Shown here piece by piece: positions 12,780 through 24,520 of a stretch of 64,000 nt of DNA. This DNA is from Chara braunii (Eukaryota; Plantae; Charophyceae). Both the position numbers and the translations under genes were made by a program. Every line of letters begins with the position of its first letter. Positions within the stretch are counted from its first letter, which is position 1. The notes under the pieces were generated by a model. That model did no database searches. It was not told where the DNA came from and was given only the letters and a program-made list of their open reading frames with translations. The stretch is from assembly GCA_003427395.1 (NCBI GenBank), contig BFEA01000033.1:4958355-5022354 (forward strand), written 5' to 3'.

Positions 12780-13570
12780 ACTCAGTAGCGTTCCTTATCG
12801 ACTCCAACACGACGAACGTTTTGGATGTTTCCGCCTCGACGGTTTGGTAGGATGTTGATGTTCTGTGTGACCGTGTCGATCGAAATTGTGTTGTCATTGT
12901 ATGTGTCCCGTCTTCAACACGTCGAGGGATCCGCCGTGTCGAACTCCCAACACCGGAGGGCTTGTGGGTGGCAGGGATACGTCGTGTCGAACACAATTAT
13001 GCTCCAAAGGAGGTTGTTGTCGTGTTCGAGACAACCATCCCGGAGGACGTAGTTGTATGTGTCCCGACTTCAACACGTCGAGGGATCCGTCGTGTCAAAG
13101 TCCCAACACCGGAGGACTTGTGGGTGTCGTGTCGAACAGGATGATGTTGCTAAGGAGGTTGTTGTCATGTTCGACACGACCATTCCCGAAGGAAGGGTGG
13201 GTGCGAGGGATTCGTCGTGTCGAACGTGATGACGCTTCTTAGGAAGTTGTTGTCATGTTCGACACGACAATCCTAGATGGCGGGTAGGTATCGCTGCACG
13301 GAGTTACACTGTCGAACATGGTCTAAGAAGAATTGTCGGAAAGGGATTGATTGCCGAACACGACGATGTTTCTTAGGAGGCTGTTAATCCCGTGTAGCGG
13401 GTGAGTACCGGGAATTCGTCGTGTTCGACACGACGGTGCTTCTTAGAAGGCTGCTGTATCACGGAGGGTGGGTGGGTGCCACTGTCTGGGGTTGTCACAT
13501 CGAACACGATAACACCTTCCTAAGAAATATCATCCGAAGAGGATTTATCGTGTCCGACGCGATGATGCTA
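12780..13570 (+). repeat. Further degenerate palindrome array (GTCGTGTCGAAC / GTTCGACACGAC)
   Basis: Alternating half-site orientations. 12895-12990 is duplicated at 13050-13140. Confidence 0.75.
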
Positions 13571-13709
13571 AGACCACAGTACTCGAGATGGTGGACTGGA
13601 TGCATATCCGTCCCATAAATGAAGGCGTTTCTCATTTATTTTTTTTGCGTTGTTGATCAGTTTTTGCCTGGCAGCTTGACTATTACTAGCTTATGGTGGA
13701 TTATACAAA

Positions 13710-16620
13710 ATGGATGTTGCAGAAAAACAACGAAAACGCTTAAGGACCAGGAGTTTTGCGAGTGTCGAGTACTCGCCCAAAAAGTCGAAGGGATCCCCGG
13801 TTGCTGGGGTCGAGAAAGGAGAGACGCCAGGGTCTAAGGCGACTGCGCAGCGCCGATCATCAAGCTCTACGATGCAGACGCCTGTGCAGCGAGGTACACC
13901 TCTTTCAAGTCCGATGAGTCGCCTTAGAGGATCTGATCAAGGCAGGGAGGTCGCATTGCTTGTTCGGATAGCGGGGAGTGGTCAAGTGTCTAGTAGTCGT
14001 GGTGAAGGGTCTGGTGGTCGTCGGCAGAACTGTGCACAAGAGACAGCGGGGCATGCAGGCTCCGCTGAGAAATTTGTCCATGGGCTATCCGAGGTCGTGC
14101 CTGTCGTTGACTACGAAGACAAATTTTGGATGTTGGACTGGGTAGGCGATGTTTGGCAGGTTGGTAGTGGTCTTCTTCTGTATGTCGTCTTACAAGACCA
14201 AATCAGACCGATAGGTGGTATAGCGTCTTGGTCAGGCAGGCAACGTCCGGTTGCCACTTTTGAGATGACTATGCTCTTGAACGACAAAGGCGAGAGAGTT
14301 CCTAATATCAGATATTTTGCTGATTGATGGAGAAAATATTAATATGAATATGGTAAATCGTTCGTGGATCTGTTCAATCCGGATGAAAATCAAGAACTGA
14401 AATTGCCCGATCTCGTTCAGGTTTTCAACTTCTTCAACCGAAACAAGATTCAAGGTCACAAAGGCTTATAAAGATGACACCATGACGAAACCAAAAAATG
14501 TGATGTCATCAGCTGCACTGGCATAATCTTCAGGAGCACTCGAAGGGATATTATTGCGACCAACTGTAGGTGCCATATCGATTCGGCCGTCAGTGTCCAT
14601 GCCGCTTGTCCTGAAAGCAGGACAGATTGTTGTGAAGGGACCTACTAATGCACAGGTTGCGCCGCCAGTGCCAAACAAGATTCTGCCAATATCAGTGAAG
14701 GAGCCACTCAGCAAATTGCGCGACATTGTGAGTTCCTCGAGCATGTGTGGTGTTGCTGTGCAAGGATATGACGAGCCTTTGCATTTCGAAGATGTGGGGG
14801 AAGGGAGCAACGCAGAGAGTACACAGAGAGAAGAGGAAGAGGAGGGTTCGCAGAAGCGAAGTAGGGAAAGCTACAACGAGGAAAAAAAGGATAGTGAAAA
14901 CACTACTAGTCAGAGGGAAGGTCGTCAATGGAGTCATAAGGTCGAGGATGAAGAGGAAGCACGACACTCACACATTCTTGTGGAGCTTCACGTCGACCAG
15001 GGGGACAATAGTGATGACGAGCACTGCTGCGACATTCAGGAGCACGGACAAGATCAACATGAGGACGCTGCGCACCACAAAAGCAGTGGAAAAGCTAGGC
15101 AGAATAAGAGATAAAGTATTGAGGAGAAGAAAAGGAAAGGGAGAACTCCTTTGTCACCCCCTGCAACAGTTAGAGATCTCGAGGAAAAGAAAAGGAAAGT
15201 TGGGCAGGAGAGGAGAAAAAGTCTAAACCATAAAAGGAGCAGGAAAGAGCAACCGCAAAAAAAATACAAGTGCAGCCTCTCCCGATGGATGAAGCAGTCC
15301 AACGTACTCGCGACGCAGAAGTTGTTGCCAAACAAAAGCTGATGCAGAAAAAGAGAGTAGCAAAGGGCGGTACAATGGAGAAGGCGACCGTTTTTTCCAC
15401 GTCTGAACAGTCGCAGTCCGGCGACGAGGCAAAAGACAAGACTATCACGCGACCATCAAGATTGCAAATGTCGCCAAGTGAGTTACCGACTTTGCATCTC
15501 GGGAAAGACTTCTTTCTGGACTTCAATACTGACAGTACACAGAAGAGCGAAACACATTTCATCACCGTTGAATTCCAAGAATTTATGGATATTCCAAATG
15601 AGGAATTTATATATGATCAGAGATCATCGACCAAAATCATATTGATGAGATCTATGAAGCGATGCTGACATCAGGTGAAGCGGCCATTCGAGAAAGGACA
15701 ACAGGCAGGACGGGGTTGAACACATTCCCATTGTATGAGAAACCAATACTCTTGTTGGTGACACTGCATGACCAACTGCATATAGACTCATTGGGTAAGG
15801 TTATGCGAGCAAGAAGAGTTTCTCCTGATTATTTTTTTCTTTTACAAGAAACCACTTGATAAGTATTTCTAGTACCCTCTCAGTGACCAACACAACGTGG
15901 CAGGTGCACGAAGATGTTTTCGTGAAAATCCGGTTGTGACAAAAGAGTTGCGGTTGGATTAATGGACAACTATGCCAGTTTATTATCCGGATTACTTTAT
16001 GGATCACTAAGGGAGGTTGAGCAGATTCCAAAATGCGAAGGACAAATGGAACATTCCGCCTCATCAAAGCATCGTTGTTCGGGATATCAGGAAGTTGTGG
16101 AACGTGTCCGACTGTCCTTAAGCCAAAGGCGGGCAGGGAGCCTTGATCATTACATTAGTATGTCACTCGGTCAGTGAAGTTTAGAATGATCCGGCTTCCA
16201 TGGTCCTTACATGATCTTAGCTAGGTCGTCGGACGACGTATATCAAAAAGTGGAGCGGGTATATGCAGCTTGGGAAAGCGGATAACTGTCGGGAAGAGAC
16301 GCTAATGAACGTGCAGGTCTGCATAAAAGACTGTGGAAAGCGCCTCGCATGCACTCACAAAGGAATTGTGACAAAAATATTATACGTCGTGGTTTGCAAG
16401 CCTTGTCAACGTCGGTGTTGTTGCCCAAAAACGTTAGAAGACGCACCGAACACGTGACGATCCCGTTTGGAAAGCCAGTTGCCCTAAAGTTGTTTAAATT
16501 GTGGGAATAGACACCAAACAAGGAAAGAAATTGCACCGTGAAGGTTACACGTTGTCTCGCATGAGCTCTCCAGCCTCTTTAAAGGTCTTGGCTATGGAGT
16601 ACTTCATGTGAAAAACACAG
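13710..16620 (+). pseudogene. Large decayed gene: low-complexity charged N-terminus, then putative ParB/Srx-like domain
   Basis: Manual frameshift-bridged translation of 15600-16130: FIYDQRS/DQNHIDEIYEAM...KPILLLV...KYF*YPLSDQHNVAGARRCF...WTTMPVYY...RLSRFQNAKDK...RDIRKLW. Whether 13710-14327 belongs to the same gene is uncertain. Confidence 0.5.
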
Positions 16621-16779
16621 GGAAAATGTTCAAACAGCAGCTGCCGCTACCATTCTCCCTTTTCCTCTGTGCCTCAGGCCAGATGTCACGCCAGCCTGTG
16701 ACGTAGTAATGACCCTGCGCCTCTGGATATCGCGCGTGCGTCAAGCGCTAACTCCCATCTACTTCACAACATCACAACA

Positions 16780-17146
16780 CTCTCGCATCAGCGCCTCCCT
16801 CTCGTTGGTTGCCATCACCGCGCCACGTGTCAACTAGTATGTTACTAGTCACCACAAGCCAGCGCCTCGCCAGTCGCAAATCACCAGCGCCCCACCCCTC
16901 ACCTGTTGCCAGCGCCTCGGCCCCCACCAGCAGCCAGCGCCTCGCTGCACTCACACAGCCAGCGTCTCGCCACTCGCGAGAAGCCAGCGCCTCGCAACCT
17001 GCAAGAAGCCAGTGCCCCGCCACCTTCGACCAGTCAGCGCCTCGCCTGCAAGCAACCAGCATGCCACCATCCGCATGTCGCGGCGGCCCGGCGCCTGCGA
17101 GCCATAGCGCTAGTGCTAGCGCTAGCGCTAACGCGCGCCCAACGAC
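16780..17146 (+). repeat. CCAGCGCCTCGC minisatellite ending in a TAGCGC/GCGCTA self-complementary tract
   Basis: The motif recurs every ~20-50 bp. TAGCGCTAGTGCTAGCGCTAGCGCTA at 17105-17130. Confidence 0.8.
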
Positions 17147-17375
17147 GAAAGGAGGTTGACGTGGATCACATGCACTAGCACAATTAATAAAAAAGAAAGG
17201 GAGACGGCGAGGACTGATGCATTCATGCCCTCATGCAAGCCATCGACACTCAATACTTTCGCTCATCAGGCCCACATGCGCGCACACCCACACGCATACC
17301 CATAGAGCCTTCAATGAAACATTCTACATCCATAGACTTTCATACCCAACATGCATAACAGATTACCCAACTTTT
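17147..17375 (+). repeat. Right copy of ~228-bp direct repeat
   Basis: Matches 2712-2939. Confidence 0.95.
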
Positions 17376-17912
17376 GGAGTCATGCACACATCACACGGGG
17401 ACAAAGCAGCAATCGAGAAAAGCTTCGTCTTTAAAATACAGAATTCTCTCAACTGGCCGCTCCGGGCTCAGTTCCCAATCCGTCAAAATCACCGATCCGT
17501 CAAAACCACCGGCAACCATAGCGCCAAGGCCCTGCCGCTGTCGGCGTCTGATCCTCCACCACCGCTCAGTCCCTCCGACTGCCTTACCCCAAGTCTACTG
17601 CTAACTCCGCCACCCGCCGTCACTCCACCCACCACGGGGCTTGGCGAGCCTTTCCGGCCCCGCAGGCTTCGCGTATAGCTCGTGCAGCTTGCAGCCGAGA
17701 TCAAAGAGACGGAGGGGTTGCGGTTGCGGGAATTTATAGCACGGAAGGCGGCAGAGAGGCTGCACGAACCACGGGGTGTAGAGGGTCAGGACAGAAGAAG
17801 GGCCGACGTTCCAGAAGGGTCGAAGGAGGCGAATCGAATGTCCCGCGTGATTGGGGTGGTTGTCCAAGTGGGGTGTGCTCTCCACGGCCACCACATTGCC
17901 CCGACCATCCCA
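17376..17912 (-). mobile_element. Probable continuation (U3 side) of the interrupted LTR
   Basis: CAGTTCCCAA at ~17469 echoes the reverse complement of TTGGGAACTG in the 3' LTR (~60790). CATCCCA at ~17912 is inverted to TGGGATG at 1759, but no TSD match was found, so the end is tentative. Confidence 0.35.
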
Positions 17913-18516
17913 AGCAGATAGCCAATCATTTGCAGGGAAAGGAGAAGGAGGGGATCGGACTTCGCTTAGAGGGAAGACGAAGAGACATGCAGGAGGGAGA
18001 TGCACAGCAAGAAGGGAAGATGGCGCGGGGATGCAGAGCGGGAGAACGGGTTTACGCGGCGTGCAAAAATTCAAAAACCGCCGCGCCCTCAAAAATTCAA
18101 AATTCCTACTCCCGCTAAGTCCCAACTGTTTCTTGAATTTCTTTGCACGGCCGCTAACCGGCTGTGCCAGCCCCGAATTACATTTTCTATTCCACCCCCA
18201 CTCCCCTTAAACAAAAAGGAAAATAAAATAAAATGAAACACCGCTTTCCCCTATTGTCTTGAATCCGTACTTCGGGGCTCTTCGTGGGATTTTCCCTTAG
18301 GGGTACGGGAAACTGCCGAGTGCGGATCCTGGCTTATCACAAACTTATGAGAGATTCCAAAAGAAGATGAGACGTGACATATGTGTAACTTACTAAGTTG
18401 ATAGATAAGGGTGAGTCTCAGAACATTTTTCGAAAGTCGGCCAGTGTCACTTTTCCTCCATTAGTGTCTTTCTCCTCTTGTTTCTGAGAAATAGAAGGGC
18501 CTAGATACTGCTGTTA

Positions 18517-19702
18517 GGGCCTCGTTCGACACCACTACAAAACCCTCACATGTAAGGTTTTCATCGTTCCACCCCTCCCTAATCACAAAGAAAAAGAAGT
18601 GGAACTTGTTTTCACATTCACGGCCGTAAGGGCGGGCCCCACAAAAATAAGGACTCGCCAGCCAAAACAAACCTTAACGTAAGGATGGCCGTGGAGATGA
18701 CTTGAAAGTAGGGGGTGGCACCCGTACATCCGTGAAAAAACCATTTTTTTTTTTGTTTGTTTGTTTTTTACATCAGGTGTGTCTTGGGCATTCCTGGTCC
18801 AATGACAGTGTTGTCTGGTAGACCGCGGGACAGCAGTCCCACGGCAACCTCCAATGGTCGTGTGGTGCCCCACCTGTGCCCCCGCAGTCCCTCCGGTTTG
18901 CCGTTTTGTCTGGCGTTTGGAGGAGATCGTTGTAGGGGTCCGTGCGGAGGTGGGTGAGATGGCTGTTGGCGGTCTTGGGTCCGTGTAGAGGCGGGTGAGA
19001 TGGCCATGCGGTGCCCCGCCAGTGCCGTTCTCGCAGCCTGTCTGCCAACGCATGGGCTATCGCGGCCTCCCTCCTCCCCTTACCCCTCCCAGCCGCCAGC
19101 CGTAGTCCGTTCACCGTCTCCATGTACCGACAGACCGGGAGGACAGCACTGGCGACCATGGTCTTCTCATGGGGTGACAGTCTCCTCATCCCCGCCTCAT
19201 CCTTCCGCCGTCGTCCATACCTGAACTCCCTTGCAAAAACACGCCACACGACAGCCACGCGAAGCCACGTGCGGTGCTGCGACGGTAGAGTATTGGCGCA
19301 TGCAACGTCGAAAACGCGCACATGCAATGTGTGCGAAGCAAACTGATGAGACGGAATTTGAATTTGAATGGTGAGGGTCTGCGCCCGTGTTCTCCTCGGG
19401 GGCGGATGTTATCGCGCGACCAGATCACGGCCCCGCCTAGCTTCGGGATGAGGGCGGGCCGGGTGTCCCACGAGCCCAAAGGTGGCGGACACAATTTCAT
19501 CTGGCGCAACTGCGGGTCTTCGGACTCCTCTTTCGGCCTCTTAGAACGCAAATGGAGACACCTGAAACGTAAGTGGGCCTAAGTGTAGGGTTTTCGTAAG
19601 TAGTTGTGGAACGAAAAAGGGGGTAAGGGGACATTAATCACTTTCTCCTTGTAAGGGCGCCCTTACAAAGTAAGGATTTTGTAATGATGTCGAACGAGGC
19701 CC
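18517..19702. mobile_element. Non-autonomous PIF/Harbinger (Tourist-like) element
   Basis: TIR GGGCCTCGTTCGACA.CA.TACAAAA.CC at both ends. TTA target duplication at 18514-16 and 19703-05. Confidence 0.9.
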
Positions 19703-19755
19703 TTACTCGAACTTGCGAGAGGAATAAAGCTTACTAGTTCAAAAAAAAAAAAAAA

Positions 19756-20567
19756 GGGTAACTAGGGCGCAGTCACGAAAGTAGTTTGTCAAATTTTAGA
19801 ACTGCCTTTTTGGAGTCCAGTACAGTCCCAAGTTTCAAATGCAGTTGAAACTCTTGACATGCAGAAAAGTTGCAAGGCGGAGTTTGCAACTGCAGTCTAG
19901 TCCGGCATGTGGCCTTTTTTTTTCTTCTTTTTTTTATATCTGGGACGTGGCCATGGAGATCGCGGCCATGGCCCAGCCACGCGACGAGATCCTCTCTTTT
20001 TTTTTTTTTGTTCTCTTTTTGTTTTTTTGTAAGCTCGTGTGTGGCCTAGGCATCTGGGCCATGGCCCAGCCACACGTCAGGGCCGAGATATTATAAATAA
20101 ACTAAAATAAAATAAAAAATGATAATTAAAAAAAAAGAGGGCCCTGCTGAGCCTGCTCCACTACTCTTGACATGCACAAAAGACAAAAATCATGGCGCTG
20201 TATCTTTCCATGTTCTAGCGGAAGATTCACTCTCGTTTTGCACATTTCGAGAGTAGTGCAGCAACTTGAAGGCCCTATCAATCGTGAAGGCCCCCTCCCT
20301 CCACTATTCACTACTCTCGAAATGTGCAAAATGAGAATGAATCTTCCGCTAGAACATGGAAAGATACAGCGCCACGATCTTTTCTTTATTCTTCTTCTTT
20401 TTTTTTTTTTTTTTTTGGAAAACGGTCTGGCCCTCCGACGTGGATAACTAGACTGCAGTTACAAACTCTGCCCTGCGACTTTTCTGCAAGGAGGAGTTTG
20501 GCCTGCAGTGTAAGCTTCAGAGGGGACTGGACTCGAAAACGGCAGTTTGAAATGTATTTAGAAACTC
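19756..20567. mobile_element. Foldback element related to the 612-795 MITE
   Basis: Starts GGGTAACTAGGGCGCAGTCACGAAA, like 613. Inverted arms at ~19795-19905/20445-20555 and ~20192-20258/20309-20373. Confidence 0.7.
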
Positions 20568-22256
20568 TTTTTTTTTTCTTGTTTTTTTTTCTTTTTTTTT
20601 AGTGCTGCTGGTAAGAGCAGGCATCACTAGCACCCGGGGAGAGGCTCCATCTATTGGTGGGGAGTGTCACTTGCTGGAAAACACGTCCAGCGTCCCTTAG
20701 ACAGAATGAATCAGGAGAATGCCTTCCTGACCGGTCAGGAGATATGACTGAGAAGGACGCCTGCCAGCATTGATTACTCTGTCTCCAGACGATTGACTGT
20801 GCAGGTTGTTGGGAAAAAGGGAATAAAACTCTTCGCCCTGTACCAGGCGCCAGATTCCTACTGCTGCGAGACTGGTTCCTCCCTCTCCCAACTACCTCTT
20901 ACCCAAAAAAAAAAAACTTTCCCCCCTCATCCCACACTATCAATTCCTCTGTTCCACTCGATGACCTGGATGATGACAGTTCGTCTCTTCAGAGATACTG
21001 CTTTCGTCTTAAAGTTTTGATTCTTGAACTGGATGACTGGATGACTGGCCGCTTTGTGCGGACACAGTCTCGCTGCCTGTGGCCTTCTGCTGGTGCTCTG
21101 AGGTGGGGGGTTCGTTCACCGGGGAGCACCGGGGATCGACACCCCTTCATGACAGGATCTCCGTTAAGGAGAGGGTATGGGGGGGAAAGGGTCCAGGAAA
21201 TCAGAGGGCGGGCGGAGTGGGAAAGAGGATTCAATACGAATCCAGTCCCTGAAGACCAGTCTGTAGTCTCTTGCTCCCCCCAGGACTTGGTTACTACCCG
21301 GGACATCCCTGCTCTATTCAACCATTGCTATCCACCCTCCCCTCTACCCCCCCAGCCATTCGCTGCTAGAGTTTGTGATTGCCCGTTTCACATCTCCTAT
21401 TTGCTGATACAAGTCCAGTTGCGTTTTCAAGGCTCGCCATCTGCGTGTGAATTCTAACTGGACCTGTTGTTGAATTTGTTATGTGATCTCCTCTCCTTCG
21501 ACGCATACTTTTCCCATGGTCAGTAGGCACCGCTGCCACCATAAGGCCCACAGCACTACTCGTCTCCCCAGCCTATACATATTATCTGTGAAGGCCGTTT
21601 TTTTCTTGCAATGGCCAATGCCCCGGCTCCAGAATCGCCTGGCAGGACCAAGGCCAGGCGCTTTGTATTCCCATCTTTCTCCACACCCTGTCCCACCATC
21701 TCCATTTAAACAGCGCGATAGGGCATTGCATGAAAATGTGTTCTATTGTTTCATTCTTCTTACAGGCTGTAAAAAAGCGAAGGCATCACAGTCACCAGGG
21801 CAGTGCAAGCCCTTTCTGTTCCAAATTGGTGTGGTTTATCAACCAGTCATTGGTTGGCAGACATCGCTGTATTATTTGCCATTGCAAGGACGTGATCTTG
21901 GCTGGTTTCACCGTTTGCTCTTGGAACCACTTTATTGGTGTGAGCTGACTGTGGTCTACATTAAGGTGTTTGGCCCATCGTTCCATGATGACATCTCTCA
22001 GCTTTCGCTTGGGTCTTAACATTCGGTATGCAGATTTGACTGTCATCTTTTGCAGACTGGTCTGTTTCGTGGGTGGACCAGTTCGCCTTGAGGGGGCTCT
22101 CCACTGCCATTCTAGTGGGTCAAAGGCAAGCTCGTGTCTGTGGCTGGAAGACCACCTGTTCCCCCCCTTCCTCGAGGACCCTGACTCTGTACAGGGTGTC
22201 CCGTTCCTGCCATTCCAAGAGAGCCCTGCTACCCTGCAACCTGTTGGCCTGATCAA
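20568..22256 (-). mobile_element. 5'-truncated L1-clade LINE (ORF2 zf-RVT/CCHC C-terminus, 3' UTR, poly(A))
   Basis: KPAKITSLQWQIIQRCLPTNDWL...ACKKNETIEHIFMQCP on the minus strand. Shared 3' motif at ~20643-20696. T-rich tail 20568-20600. Confidence 0.85.
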
Positions 22257-22259
22257 TAT

Positions 22260-24520
22260 TATAATTTTTTATTTTTATTTTTCTCAAAATGAAACAAGCT
22301 TCATCTATTGGTGGGGAGCAGCACCTGCTGGAAATCGGGTCCAGCGTCCTATAGATACAACCATATCCTCACAAATTGGCACAAACTGGGAACCGGGCCC
22401 AGCGTCCCATAACAAGAACGTTCCGAAGCTTCATCAGAGAATTTCATGAGAATGAGACCAGGAACTACTAGAAAATCTGATTGGCCTAAGGATGGAATTT
22501 GGGGGCATAAGATACCGGGGCCATTACCCGGCTTTGGCTCAAAGAAATTAGAGCTACTTCAGACATGTCTATGACAACATCATGATTAAGCAGAATTCCG
22601 AAACGACTCGGAAAACCCCCCATCAATCCACTTTACCTCACTCCGGCAAGACTGACTGCAGCGGAGCCACCATCTCTGTTGCTGCTATGCCATACTCTCA
22701 TCCTACCAGCTAGCCCCCTCACTGGTAGGACGCGTGATAACCCACCCTCTTCTCCAGCTCACCTAACTCTTACCGTCGTTCCAGAAGCATGAGAATAGGT
22801 CACAAAGGTCCTACGATTGTTCCAGAAAAACTCGAAATCCCACACAACCCTTCCAACGTTCTCCAAAATTGTCGTACTCTCAGCCGATCTCTTCTAGGTC
22901 CCACACCCCCACTTCTGCTGGGTTACACGGCAACGCAACTCAACCCAGCTCCGACCAGCGTCGTCCGGGCAGCAACCCTTGGTTGTCCCGTGAAAAGCCC
23001 AGCCCAAGACTTCCCCAGATCTCTCTACCAGACCTCACGCTCCTGCATCGCAGGCATCGCAGGTTACAGGACAACACCCTAGCATCGGCCAGCGTCGTTA
23101 TGGCATCAAACAACCGCGGATCACTGAGAATAACAGTATTGAAGTCACCCACGACGAGTTCGTAGGGATCCCAAAGTCCTAAAAAAACATTCCTAGGACC
23201 ACTAAGCACCCAACTTTTTTTGTTTTTTTAAAACTCATCAGGAGATTTCATGAAAATGAGACTAGAAACCTACTAGAAAAATTCAATTGGCCGAAGAATG
23301 GAATTTTGAAAATTAAGATACCGGGGCCATTACCCGGTGTTGGCTCAGAGAATTGAGGCTACTTCAGACCTGTCTATGACAACGACTCAGAAGAATCCCC
23401 CATCAATCCACTTTACCTCCCTCCGGCAAAACTGACTGCAGCGGAGCCGCCATCTCTGCTGCTGCTATACCATACTCCCATCCTACCAGCTAGCCCCCTC
23501 ACTGGTAGGACGCATAATAACCCATCATCTTCTCCCACTCTCCTTATTCTTTTTTTCAAAAAGGAAACTTAGAGAAATAAAAATCAGAGTTGAACCACCA
23601 TCAATCCAAACCAAACCCACACTACAGGCGAGAAACTGTCACTCAAGCTTTAAGTCCTCGTACCAGAAGTCGCCAGTTCTCACACCCCCTCTTGCTAGGG
23701 TTACAAGGCAACACAAGCTGCCCCAGCACCGAACTGACTGTTTTCTGACGGACAGGAAGCGTCTTCCTCCCTCGACACTTCCTTAGCTGCCAAACCCCCT
23801 ACCGGGTTACAGGGACACTGCCCCAGATTCAGCCACGTTGAAAGAGGTGGTTATGCCTTCCACCCTCGGCAAGCTCCAATGGCCTCAAGCTCCTCCCATG
23901 GTCACTGAGCCACTGCTCCAGCACCGGCCACTATCGCCCCACCCCGTCCTTCTAATAGACTTACCACCCTGAGCCACCCTTCCCCTCCTGCATGAGCCCA
24001 CCCAAAATTTCTTCCAAACCATGTTTCCGATTTCACTCTCCATTTGAAAAAACAAGAGGAGGAAACCACTAACAATCCGACCCTTACCTTCACCGCCGAT
24101 GAAGGACACGCCGATTCAGCTTTCAGTCCTCGTACCAGAACTCGTCAGATCTCATAACCCCGTATTAGGGTTACAAGGCAACACAAACAACCCCCAGTAC
24201 CGATCTAACTGATTCTGACGGACAGAGAGTGCCTTCCCCCCTCGGCACCTCTCTTAACTGCATAGCCCCTCAAAAGGTTACAGGGTCACCGCCCCAGCAA
24301 CAGCTACGTCAGGCGAGATGGTTATGCCTTCCACCCTCGACATAACTTCAATGGCCTGAAGCTCCCCCTGGTCACAGAGCGAATGCTCCAGCACCGGCCA
24401 ATGTCGTCCCACCCCACCCTTCTGGTTAGACTTACCTCTCTAAACCGCCAGTCCCTCTTCTAAGTGAACCCCCCCACTTCCCACCTACCCCTAATTCGAC
24501 CTGCCCCCTTTAATTTGCAA
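22260..24520 (-). mobile_element. LINE-3'-derived element with internal duplications
   Basis: T-rich tail plus 3' motif at ~22297-22350. Duplicated blocks ~22430-22760/23235-23545 and ~23650-24000/24125-24470. Confidence 0.65.

Larger units (their letters stand above)
2940..17146. mobile_element. Unclassified 14.2-kb cassette with palindrome arrays and decayed divergent genes
   Basis: Delimited by the 228-bp duplication. Internally unified by the GTCGTGTT-N-AACACGAC motif. No TIRs, LTRs or transposase/RT motifs recognised. Confidence 0.6.

Noticed and set aside
19706-19738. Helitron 3' end (small hairpin then CTAG|T)
   Set aside because: The stem is only 4 bp and no 5' TC boundary could be defined.
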